DNA from: Klebsiella phage pKP-BM327-1.2
Length of the DNA: 24,000 bases
Sequence record: OP413827.1
Direction: 5' to 3' (one strand)
The stretch's first letter is position 1. Each line of letters begins with the position of its first letter. The position numbers and the translations under genes are program-made. Positions 16,647 through 24,000 of this stretch are shown here, in pieces. The notes under the pieces are model-generated. The model searched no databases and was not told the DNA's origin. It was given only the letters and a program-made list of their open reading frames with translations.

Positions 16647-19271
16647 ATGCGTCATATAATGTTCGCTCATAAACCTGAATTTGAGACAGCAATACTCATC
16701 AAAGAGTCTGCTTTCTATCAGGATCAGATTGAGCGTCACTACGTTAATCCTTTAGTCGAAGCTGGATATGCCAAAGAGAACATTCTGGCGTTTTCGCTAG
16801 AGTATGAATCCAATGGTAAAGCCCCAGCCAAGTTCTGTAAGGATTATCTGGCTAAAATTCTCCCCCAGCTTAAGAAGATGGGTGTTAAGTACATTTACTG
16901 TGCTGACTCCACTTACTTTAAGTGTCTGGTTAAGAATGCCAAGATCGATGCAATGATCGGTTATGGCACTCCCTGTTCAATACCGGGGTATGAGGATATC
17001 GAGATACTGGTAGGTATTAACTATCAGGCTCTACTCTATAACCCAAACCAGGCAGATAAACTGGAAATGTCTGTGCAAGCCTTAGCAGGTAAGGTAACCA
17101 ATAGCTATAAAGCTTTGGGTGCTGATATCCTGAAATGGGCTTTGTATCCCCAGACTGAAAAGGAAATTGATGAGGCGTTTGCCAAATTAATGTCCTACCC
17201 TAAGCTGACCTGTGATATCGAAACTTTTAGTCTTGATATCTTTACTGCTGGCATTGGTACTATTGCTTTCAGCCCTGATAACACAGGCGGTATAGCATTT
17301 ACCTGTGACCTTGCAGTAAGTGAAGGGGAAAACTACCGTTGGTTTAACGAAGGCTTTCGTATTAAGCTGCGTAAGTTCTTCGAGGAATATAAGGGTAACC
17401 TGAAATTCCACAGGGCTAACTTTGATACCAAAGTCCTGATCTATAACCTCTGGATGAAAGATCCCCTGGATAATGAAGGTTTACTGCGTGGCCTGGATTG
17501 TCTCTATCGAGATTGTGATGATACTCGCATCATTGCTTATCTCGCTTTGAACAATACTGCAAAGAATGAACTGAGCTTGAAACAGCTTGCTCATGAATTT
17601 GCAGGTAACTGGGCTATGTCTGATATTACCAATATCCTGGTGATCCCCCTGCCTGAACTACTCCGCTATAACATCATCGATACCATGTCTACCTGGTATG
17701 TCTATAACAAGTATTATCCTGTTATGGTTCGTGATATGCAGCTTGAGCTGTATAAATACCTGATGATGCCAAGCCAGAAGACAATCACCCAGATTGAGCT
17801 TACTGGTATGCCTATGATCCCTGCTATGGTGGATAAGGCAGAGAAGCAATTACAGGAATTGCATGATCGAAGCCTTAAAACTTTGTATACACACCCCCTG
17901 GTTCAAAAAGCAGAAATGCTTATTCAAACCAGAGCAATGGAAGCTAAGAATGCCACTTTGAAGACTAAACAGTACCCTCTCAGTGCTTTCAGTCATCTTA
18001 AGTTCAATCCCAATAGTGGCAATCATTTGATCACTCTACTCTATGAAGTGATGAAACTTCCTGTGCTGGACAGAACCAAAACCAAGCAACCATCTACGGC
18101 TGGTGCAACACTTAAGAAGCTGGAAAACCATGCTACTGAAAGTGGAAAAGTAGTACTCAAGACTCTTCGTGAGTTTGGGGATGGTGAGAAGATCCTCACC
18201 AGTTTTATACCCACCTTTAAAAATGCCTTTAATAAAGGTAATGGAAGATCTTACCTGCATGGTAACTTCAACCTGGGTGGTACAGTATCAGGGCGATTAA
18301 GCTCATCGGATCCAAACCTACAGCAGCTACCTTCTGGGAGTACCTTCGGTAAACTCATCAAGAAGTGCTTTGCTGCACCTGATGGTTGGGTATTCGGTGG
18401 AGCAGACTTTAATGCCCTGGAAGACCGTATCAACGCACTGTTAACGCAAGATCCAAACAAGGTCAAAGTGTTTACGGATGGCTTCGACGGTCACTCATTA
18501 CGTGCTGTGGGCTATTGGGGAGCCAAATTAATGCCGGATATCGACATTAATGATCCAGCTTCTGTAAACCAGATAGCTGAGAAGGATCACCCATACTACC
18601 CACTACGTAATAAGTCTAAAGCACCAAGCTTTGCGCTTCAGTATCAAGGCACCTGGATTACCCTGGTTAAGAACTGTGGTTTCTCTGAAGAGGAAGCCAA
18701 AGAAACTGAAGCCAGTTTCCATGCTCTCTATGCTGTATCTGGTGAATGGGTTAAAGAACGCATAAGACAAGCCTGTAATGATGGCTATGCCACTGCTGCC
18801 TTTGGGCTGCGTATTCGTACCCCACTCCTTGCACGTTCGATCCTGGATACCACCAAGACGCTACGTGAAGCTGAAGCTGAGGGACGTACATTGGGCAATG
18901 CTATCTCAGGTCAGTCCTACGGTCTGTTAACCAACCGTGCTGCTAATGAGTTCATGGAACGAGTATGGGCGTCAGAATTTCGTTATGACATTCTGCCTGT
19001 GGCTCTGATTCATGATGCCATCTATGTGCTGATGCGTAACAACGTAAGGGTGATCAAGTTTGTTAATGACAATTTGATTGAGTGCATGGCATGGAAAGGT
19101 TTACCTGAAATTGCCGATCCACGAATCCCCTTACCAGCTGAACTGGACTTGTACTACCCCAACTGGGCCAATGCTATCACCCTGCCTAACAACCTCGCAG
19201 AAGATGATATAAAGCCCTTTGTGGCTAAAGCACTGGATAAGATAAAACAAAAAGAGGCATCACATGCATAG
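16647..19271 (+). CDS. family A DNA polymerase with 3'-5' exonuclease domain (N4 DNAP-like)
   Basis: TCDIETFS (exo I), GGADFNALEDRINALL (motif A), RNKSKAPSFALQYQG (motif B), ALIHDAIYV (motif C). Confidence 0.93.
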   Translation: MRHIMFAHKPEFETAILIKESAFYQDQIERHYVNPLVEAGYAKENILAFSLEYESNGKAPAKFCKDYLAKILPQLKKMGVKYIYCADSTYFKCLVKNAKIDAMIGYGTPCSIPGYEDIEILVGINYQALLYNPNQADKLEMSVQALAGKVTNSYKALGADILKWALYPQTEKEIDEAFAKLMSYPKLTCDIETFSLDIFTAGIGTIAFSPDNTGGIAFTCDLAVSEGENYRWFNEGFRIKLRKFFEEYKGNLKFHRANFDTKVLIYNLWMKDPLDNEGLLRGLDCLYRDCDDTRIIAYLALNNTAKNELSLKQLAHEFAGNWAMSDITNILVIPLPELLRYNIIDTMSTWYVYNKYYPVMVRDMQLELYKYLMMPSQKTITQIELTGMPMIPAMVDKAEKQLQELHDRSLKTLYTHPLVQKAEMLIQTRAMEAKNATLKTKQYPLSAFSHLKFNPNSGNHLITLLYEVMKLPVLDRTKTKQPSTAGATLKKLENHATESGKVVLKTLREFGDGEKILTSFIPTFKNAFNKGNGRSYLHGNFNLGGTVSGRLSSSDPNLQQLPSGSTFGKLIKKCFAAPDGWVFGGADFNALEDRINALLTQDPNKVKVFTDGFDGHSLRAVGYWGAKLMPDIDINDPASVNQIAEKDHPYYPLRNKSKAPSFALQYQGTWITLVKNCGFSEEEAKETEASFHALYAVSGEWVKERIRQACNDGYATAAFGLRIRTPLLARSILDTTKTLREAEAEGRTLGNAISGQSYGLLTNRAANEFMERVWASEFRYDILPVALIHDAIYVLMRNNVRVIKFVNDNLIECMAWKGLPEIADPRIPLPAELDLYYPNWANAITLPNNLAEDDIKPFVAKALDKIKQKEASHA

Positions 19272-19764
19272 ACTGATCTTCTGTGATCTGGATGGTGTGC
19301 TGAACGGTAACAGTGAGTTCCGAAAGCAGTACATCCCCAAAGATCCCTCAAACCAGCATGAATGGCTGGACTGGCATAAAGCCTGGGTATTCGAGCCTTT
19401 AAACCATAAAGGTATCGAGATGGTTAAATCGCTGGTTAATCAGGATTCATTCCTGATCAGCCTGTCTAACCGTAGCAAGCTTCTGGATAAAGAAACAAAT
19501 GATCGTTTCAAAGAAGAAGGTAACCTTACCTTCGACTTACTCCATAACCGAAGTGAAAACCTGGGGGGTAGTGCAGCTAACTTCAAACTGGAAGCATTGC
19601 TGTCGCTGATCCCAATGTTCTGTATGGGTGCCTCGACTACAATGGACAAAGTGGAAATTTTCCTGATCGATGATGACAAATCTGTCATTAACAAGGTCAG
19701 AAAGTATCTGCCTAATGTCTGCTCAATCCTGGTTCCCAAGTTTAGTGTAGAGGAGCCATGGTAA
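19264..19764 (+). CDS. HAD-like (polynucleotide-phosphatase-type) phosphatase
   Basis: LIFCDLDGVLNG (DxDG), SLSNRSKLLD, FLIDDDKSVI; overlaps DNAP 3' end. Confidence 0.75.
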   Translation: MHRLIFCDLDGVLNGNSEFRKQYIPKDPSNQHEWLDWHKAWVFEPLNHKGIEMVKSLVNQDSFLISLSNRSKLLDKETNDRFKEEGNLTFDLLHNRSENLGGSAANFKLEALLSLIPMFCMGASTTMDKVEIFLIDDDKSVINKVRKYLPNVCSILVPKFSVEEPW

Positions 19765-20132
19765 AACTTTCCATTGAACTCAAGTACCTCAAACCAGAAG
19801 TGGGGTTATACCTTGAATGCCCTGAGAGTATCACATCACTGGCAAGCCAGTTGATTATGGGTGCTCCAGTGGCCGAGAGTGTATATCAATGCACTGGTTT
19901 CTGGACGTTGCTTAATGGTCAATTGTACTTTCTAAACCAGAAAGTCACACTGGTTCAAGAAGAACCTGATAAGGCTATCTTTGTTGAGAACCTTAAAGGT
20001 ATTACTAAAGGTCTTCATGAGATTAACTTTAGTCGTCTACGTCTTCGTAACCATAACCAGAAAGGGTTCATGAAAGCGATCAACGCTAAATTTGCTAGTT
20101 TATGGTCAGATAATTCTGAGCATTCAAAGTAA
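19758..20132 (+). CDS. hypothetical protein
   Basis: GAGGAGCC upstream; overlaps preceding gene. Confidence 0.7.
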   Translation: MVKLSIELKYLKPEVGLYLECPESITSLASQLIMGAPVAESVYQCTGFWTLLNGQLYFLNQKVTLVQEEPDKAIFVENLKGITKGLHEINFSRLRLRNHNQKGFMKAINAKFASLWSDNSEHSK

Positions 20133-20177
20133 ATTAACGTTACAATCCATTTCATGTAAGTGAATTGGAGTAGTGTC

Positions 20178-20501
20178 ATGACCCCAGATCAGCAACAGAA
20201 CTTTTATGTTCAGCTACTGGGTGCTCTCCTGATTAGTACTGTCAGTGGTGCAATCTCCGTTGGGAGACGAATCCTACGCTATGGTCAGGTAACCTTCGTT
20301 GCAGCAGCTACAGAAATGTCAGCAGCTCTACTCGCAGGCTATTTGGCATGGGATGCTTACCCTGTAGTGGCAAGTCAGTTGCCTACTGGGATTACGCAAC
20401 CCATATTCACTTCAGCATCTGCCTATCTGGGGATTAAGATCTTCCAGTATGTAGAAAGGCTGTTTGAAGGCAAGACGTCCTACACAGGTTCACCTAAGTA
20501 A
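20178..20501 (+). CDS. putative LydA/phage-holin-3-like membrane protein
   Basis: MTPDQQQNFYVQLLGALLISTVSGAISVGRRI...AALLAGYLAWDAYPVVASQLPTGITQPIFTS...KIFQ matches the recalled pattern of this holin family. Confidence 0.65.
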   Translation: MTPDQQQNFYVQLLGALLISTVSGAISVGRRILRYGQVTFVAAATEMSAALLAGYLAWDAYPVVASQLPTGITQPIFTSASAYLGIKIFQYVERLFEGKTSYTGSPK

Positions 20502-20506
20502 CCTCA

Positions 20507-20528
20507 AGCCCTCTTCGGAGGGCTTTTT
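20507..20528 (+). terminator. rho-independent terminator
   Basis: AGCCCTC-TTCG-GAGGGCT-TTTT. Confidence 0.92.
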
Positions 20529-20541
20529 AATTGGAGGATTC

Positions 20542-20862
20542 ATGCAACTTACTGCAATGGATTTAACCACTATTCCAGGTATTATTATCCTGCTGAATAA
20601 CAGAGAAGTGCAGGTAGAGGTAGACGATACGTTTACGATATTAGAAGAAAAAACAGTAATTATGTTCCGAGAACGAAGTGATAGCTGGTACTGCGCTTAT
20701 GATCAAGTTATTGCATTAAATGACTTAGGAGAAGGGGCAGTACCACTTACTGAAGGTGATGCTTGGGATAGTTATGGTGATGTTGTATTACCTATCAAAG
20801 TTCAAGTATCAGTCCCTTTAACTGCTGAAATATTACTCAAAAAGAGGATAGGAATTTTATGA
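20542..20862 (+). CDS. hypothetical protein
   Basis: GGAGG 7 nt upstream of ATG 20542; upstream in-frame part crosses the terminator and is unlikely to be coding. Confidence 0.75.
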   Translation: MQLTAMDLTTIPGIIILLNNREVQVEVDDTFTILEEKTVIMFRERSDSWYCAYDQVIALNDLGEGAVPLTEGDAWDSYGDVVLPIKVQVSVPLTAEILLKKRIGIL

Positions 20863-20975
20863 GCTTTCGCGGAAAAGTGTGGAGTATCATAGCAATCTTG
20901 TTGATTGCTTTCTGGTGGCTGGCTTATCAAGCCTACGATCTTGTTCTGACTCTGTTAACACTGGTACTCAAATGA
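20859..20975 (+). CDS. 38-aa predicted membrane peptide MSFRGKVWSIIAILLIAFWWLAYQAYDLVLTLLTLVLK
   Basis: Start and stop both overlap neighbours in ATGA fashion (20859-20862 and 20972-20975); GGA upstream; not in the supplied track. Confidence 0.6.
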   Translation: MSFRGKVWSIIAILLIAFWWLAYQAYDLVLTLLTLVLK

Positions 20976-21778
20976 AACCATTCTTGAAATGGGCAGGCGG
21001 TAAGTATCGCCAGCTTCCTCAAATCCAACCATTCTTAGTTGGTAATCGTCTCATTGAACCTTTTGTGGGTGCAGGATCAGTATTTATGAATGCTGGTTTC
21101 GATAAGGTGGCTATCAATGATGTAAATCCTGATTTATGCCAGCTCTACTTAGCCCTCATCCATAATGGTGATTATGTGTTGAACCAGGCAAAGAAACTCC
21201 ACGAGTGGTGTAACTCAGAAGCTCGCTATAATCAGCTCAGAGCTAACTTTAACAGTGGCAAGTTCAATTCCCTGTCTAAAGCTGTGTTCTTCCTGGTGCT
21301 CAACCGTACTGGCTTCAATGGTCTGTGTCGTTACAACAAGAAAAAGGAATTCAATGTTCCTTGGGGCCAGAAAGAACAACCTTACTTCCCTGAACAGGAA
21401 CTCAGAGATTTCATTAATTCTGGTTTGAAACCGACAGTAGCAAACACAGACTTCATGTTATTTATGGATACTGCTCAAGAAGGTAATGTTGTATTTTGTG
21501 ATCCACCTTATGAGCCAATGCCTAAACATCAGGGGTTCACAAGCTACAGTGGCACCAGCTTTAAGTGGGGAGATCAAAAACGTCTGGTAGGTAAAGCTCT
21601 TGAGCTTAAAGCCAGGGGTGTAAGAGTGATCATTACAAATAGTAGTGCTCCACGCTTAGTTGATCTCTACACCAAAGCTGGTTTTGACATTCACCCATTA
21701 ACTGCAACTCGTAGCATCTCAGCTAAGGCTGAATCACGAGAAGTAGTCAAAGATATCATTGCTGTTTTAAAACCATGA
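20972..21778 (+). CDS. dam: Dam-type DNA adenine methyltransferase
   Basis: MKPFLKWAGGKYRQL, EPFVGAGSVFMN, VVFCDPPYEP. Start placed at 20972, not 20879. Confidence 0.9.
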   Translation: MKPFLKWAGGKYRQLPQIQPFLVGNRLIEPFVGAGSVFMNAGFDKVAINDVNPDLCQLYLALIHNGDYVLNQAKKLHEWCNSEARYNQLRANFNSGKFNSLSKAVFFLVLNRTGFNGLCRYNKKKEFNVPWGQKEQPYFPEQELRDFINSGLKPTVANTDFMLFMDTAQEGNVVFCDPPYEPMPKHQGFTSYSGTSFKWGDQKRLVGKALELKARGVRVIITNSSAPRLVDLYTKAGFDIHPLTATRSISAKAESREVVKDIIAVLKP

Positions 21779-22005
21779 TTTTCAGTCCAACATTTAACGT
21801 ATGTCCCATTTGCGGGATCTTACGAAATAAACGAGTTCACTCTAAATGTTCTAAGATCCTACAAAAACAAACTCAGACTCCTGCCTATAAGGCAGAGTGT
21901 GAAACCATTCGTAGAAATGCCCGAGGCTACGACAGAAATGAGACAATACACACTAAGCGTATTAGTCGTATCAGGGCTGCAACTCACAGGATTGCCTCTC
22001 TATGA
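21775..22005 (+). CDS. small hypothetical protein with CPIC...C motif
   Basis: Overlaps the dam stop; ends overlapping the next ATG. Confidence 0.55.
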   Translation: MIFSPTFNVCPICGILRNKRVHSKCSKILQKQTQTPAYKAECETIRRNARGYDRNETIHTKRISRIRAATHRIASL

Positions 22006-22187
22006 CAGACAAAATCCCAGCTGAAATAACTATCTTTTTCAGAAATAATGGCTCACTTACTTTCCGTGCAAATAAACTTGTGGAAAGTCCTAGTGCCTTT
22101 CACTTCGGAAAGATAATCGTACCTTTTACCTTTATCAAAGATACTGCGGTAAAGGATCCTGATAACCTTTTAGGTTTAACAGGGTAA
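22002..22187 (+). CDS. small hypothetical protein
   Basis: Coupled start; ends just before a terminator. Confidence 0.6.
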   Translation: MTDKIPAEITIFFRNNGSLTFRANKLVESPSAFHFGKIIVPFTFIKDTAVKDPDNLLGLTG

Positions 22188-22215
22188 TAAAAAAGCCCCC
22201 ATTTGGGGGCTTATT
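22188..22215. terminator. bidirectional terminator between convergent transcription units
   Basis: AAAAAAGCCCCC-ATTT-GGGGGCTTATT: stem flanked by A-run on left and T-rich on right. Confidence 0.88.
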
Positions 22216-22229
22216 CATACTGGTAGCTA

Positions 22230-22673
22230 TTAACCACCAGCTTCAGTGACAGTCACTACGCAGGTAGTAGACTGAATCTCTTTACCAGCTGCGTCGTAGA
22301 CTTCAGCATGGTAAGAGCCAGCCATATCCAGAGTAGCTGCACCCAGGTTAAGGGTAGAGCTGCCCAGAGTCTGGATAGCAGAGCCACCTTTAAACCAGGT
22401 AACACTGTATGGTGCAACACCGCCAGTAGCAACTACTGCGAGTTCCAGAGCAGCACCTTCAACAACAGTTTTGGTAGCTGCAAGATCAGTAGTCAGACTC
22501 AGAGCTGACGGCTTAGTGTATGCAGCACCAGTGATATCTTTATTCACTGCCGCAGCTACATCAGCAGGCACTTTAGCCATACCACCCTGAAACAGGGGGA
22601 CGAAATCATAGCCTTGTGCCAGCACATCATCGGTAGTGATCACACCAGCACCGATAGAGGGGACTTTAGACAT
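22230..22673 (-). CDS. Ig-like domain protein, probable virion decoration protein
   Basis: LTTDLAATKTVVEGAALELAVVATGGVAPYSVTWFKGGSAIQT...AGSYHAEVYDAAGKEIQSTTCVVTV is a typical Ig fold pattern. Confidence 0.75.
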   Translation of the reverse strand: MSKVPSIGAGVITTDDVLAQGYDFVPLFQGGMAKVPADVAAAVNKDITGAAYTKPSALSLTTDLAATKTVVEGAALELAVVATGGVAPYSVTWFKGGSAIQTLGSSTLNLGAATLDMAGSYHAEVYDAAGKEIQSTTCVVTVTEAGG

Positions 22674-22724
22674 AGGTGTTTCCTCTTCATGAAAAGTCTA
22701 GTTAATGTACATCATTCTACTGGT

Positions 22725-23048
22725 TTATACGAAATAAACCAACTTAGTATTACTTGCCTGATTGGATGGCGTCGTAGGCTTTTTCACAGGTGAATCCAGC
22801 ACTACTGGCTTGGTCGGCGTACTTAGCCAACTGTCTATTTCGTTCGAGAGATTTTTCGAGCACGTTGGCAAGCAAATCGAGGGCTTCTCTGGCTGTCTTG
22901 CCTCTTTGGGTAGTGCCGGAATCTTCGGAGCTGGTGTCGGCAAGTAAACGGTTGATCCGTTGCTGCAACCTACCAATAGAAGCATTGGCACTATCAGCAT
23001 CAGAGCGAGCTTGTGCGAGGTCTTTAGCCCCTTGCTGTGCGATTGCAT
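22725..23048 (-). CDS. Rz1: o-spanin (Rz1-like lipoprotein)
   Basis: LALMLIVPMLLLVGCSNG lipobox and proline-rich tail, out of frame within the Rz-like gene. Start 23048 is a best guess. Confidence 0.8.
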   Translation of the reverse strand: MQSHSKGLKTSHKLALMLIVPMLLLVGCSNGSTVYLPTPAPKIPALPKEARQPEKPSICLPTCSKNLSNEIDSWLSTPTKPVVLDSPVKKPTTPSNQASNTKLVYFV

Positions 23049-23262
23049 CAACATTGTTTTGGTACTCCCATTCTTTGACTCTGGCCTCCTGAGTAGCTTT
23101 GGCAGAAGCATCACTATACTTTTGCTCTAAACCAGAATACTTAGCAGACCAGTGATTATCAGTTACAACATAGGTTAAGTAACAAGCCCCGGCAAGTAAA
23201 GCCAGGGCCAGAACAGAACCTAACAAAACAGCATACTGTTTAATTAGATCCTTTATCATTAG
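22750..23262 (-). CDS. Rz: i-spanin (Rz-like)
   Basis: N-terminal TM (YAVLLGSVLALALLAGACYLTYVV) plus coiled coil; AGGAG upstream of ATG 23262. Confidence 0.82.
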   Translation of the reverse strand, partial: LMIKDLIKQYAVLLGSVLALALLAGACYLTYVVTDNHWSAKYSGLEQKYSDASAKATQEARVKEWEYQNNVDAIAQQGAKDLAQARSDADSANASIGRLQQRINRLLADTSSEDSGTTQRGKTAREALDLLANVLEKSLERNRQLAKYADQASSAGFTCEKAYDAIQSGK

Positions 23263-23461
23263 GCTTCTCCTGAGAAACCAGACGAGCAACTATAGCTGAG
23301 ATCCCCAGGAAAGTTGTTAGTCCAGCAAGAGCATGTGGAGGCAGTGAATCCTTGAACTCCTGTGGGAAGTATCCCCAGATTTCAGGAAGTGCAACGATCA
23401 CTACCATAATATGAATAGAATACCACTTCCATGCTGACTTCCAGTTTTCTACAAGTTTCAT
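23240..23461 (-). CDS. holin
   Basis: 73 aa, WKWYSIHIMVVIVALPEIWGYFP and ALAGLTTFLGISAIVARLV TM segments; placed between endolysin and spanins. Confidence 0.75.
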   Translation of the reverse strand: MKLVENWKSAWKWYSIHIMVVIVALPEIWGYFPQEFKDSLPPHALAGLTTFLGISAIVARLVSQEKPNDKGSN

Positions 23462-23946
23462 GCTGCGGCTACTCCCAGTTTAATTGCTTCATCGCCTGAT
23501 TTACCATCCCAAAGGGCAAGGTTAGCAGCACGACGACGTACTAGCCCTTTCATGACTTTACCCTTAGCCATACGGAATTGAGGAATACGTTTACGCATTT
23601 CAACTTTATTACCCGATGCTACAAAGTCATCAAAGTCACCATTGATATTATCAGGGCGAATGAAACCAGATCCCATATTGAACACCATATCCACCAGACA
23701 GTCGAACTGGCCCTGGGTAAGATTATGTCCATACTTGTTTACTTCTGCTTCAGCTTTAGCAAGGTCAGCATCCAGCAGCTGTTCTGCTCTGGTTTGTGAA
23801 ATTGCCAAACCAGGGTAAACATCTGGCCCTGTGTGACCATAACCAATAGTCCATGGCTTGCCTCCAGTAGCTGGATCAGGGTAAGCCCGTAATTTTAAAG
23901 ACTCAAAGTATTTAGTTACTTTGCGGCCTTCATTAGACATTTTCAT
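23458..23946 (-). CDS. endolysin, GH24 lysozyme/muramidase-like
   Basis: ESLKLRAYPDPATGGKPWTIGYGHT (E...D...T catalytic pattern), AANLALW. Start placed at MKMSNEG, ATG at 23946. Confidence 0.88.
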   Translation of the reverse strand: MKMSNEGRKVTKYFESLKLRAYPDPATGGKPWTIGYGHTGPDVYPGLAISQTRAEQLLDADLAKAEAEVNKYGHNLTQGQFDCLVDMVFNMGSGFIRPDNINGDFDDFVASGNKVEMRKRIPQFRMAKGKVMKGLVRRRAANLALWDGKSGDEAIKLGVAAA

Positions 23947-24000
23947 ATTAAATTCTCTCATATAAATTTGATATTTCTTTTTGATGAAGAAAAGGGCCAT

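Noticed and set aside
20464-20541. N-terminal extension of the 20464-20862 ORF
   Set aside because: It translates through the holin-like gene end and the strong terminator at 20507-20528; GGAGG plus ATG at 20542 is the credible start.
1-24000. tRNA, rRNA, CRISPR array or transposon
   Set aside because: No cloverleaf with TTCRANNC/CCA-type features, no regularly spaced direct repeats, and no transposase ORF or terminal inverted repeats were seen. A tRNAscan-SE/CRISPR finder run would be needed to exclude them formally.

Overview
This looks like an interior segment of a podophage-type genome resembling the N4-like (Schitoviridae) group. This is inferred from encoded proteins only; no database search was possible. 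Most of the + strand is a dense early/middle block with overlapping starts and stops. It holds the C-terminal part of a T7-like single-subunit RNA polymerase, many small unknown ORFs, an HNH nuclease, a lipoprotein, an N4 gp24/gp25-like AAA+ ATPase plus VWA/metallopeptidase pair, an SF1 (Dda/RecD-like) helicase, rIIA-like and rIIB-like genes, a family A DNA polymerase, a HAD-like phosphatase, a LydA-like holin candidate, and a Dam-type adenine methylase. After a bidirectional terminator near 22.2 kb the strand switches. The - strand carries an Ig-like (probable capsid decoration) gene and a compact lysis cassette (GH24 endolysin, holin, overlapping i-/o-spanins). The most notable items are: two intergenic hairpins whose bottom strand has a 3-nt GGA loop, with aligned downstream sequence, resembling N4 virion-RNAP promoters; three tandem small ORFs sharing a motif that resembles the ribosomal L7/L12 C-terminal helix; a hairpin-rich 550-bp region holding an unlisted 51-aa ORF; a macrodomain-like fusion protein; and two separately placed holin candidates. 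No tRNA, rRNA, CRISPR array or transposon was recognised.
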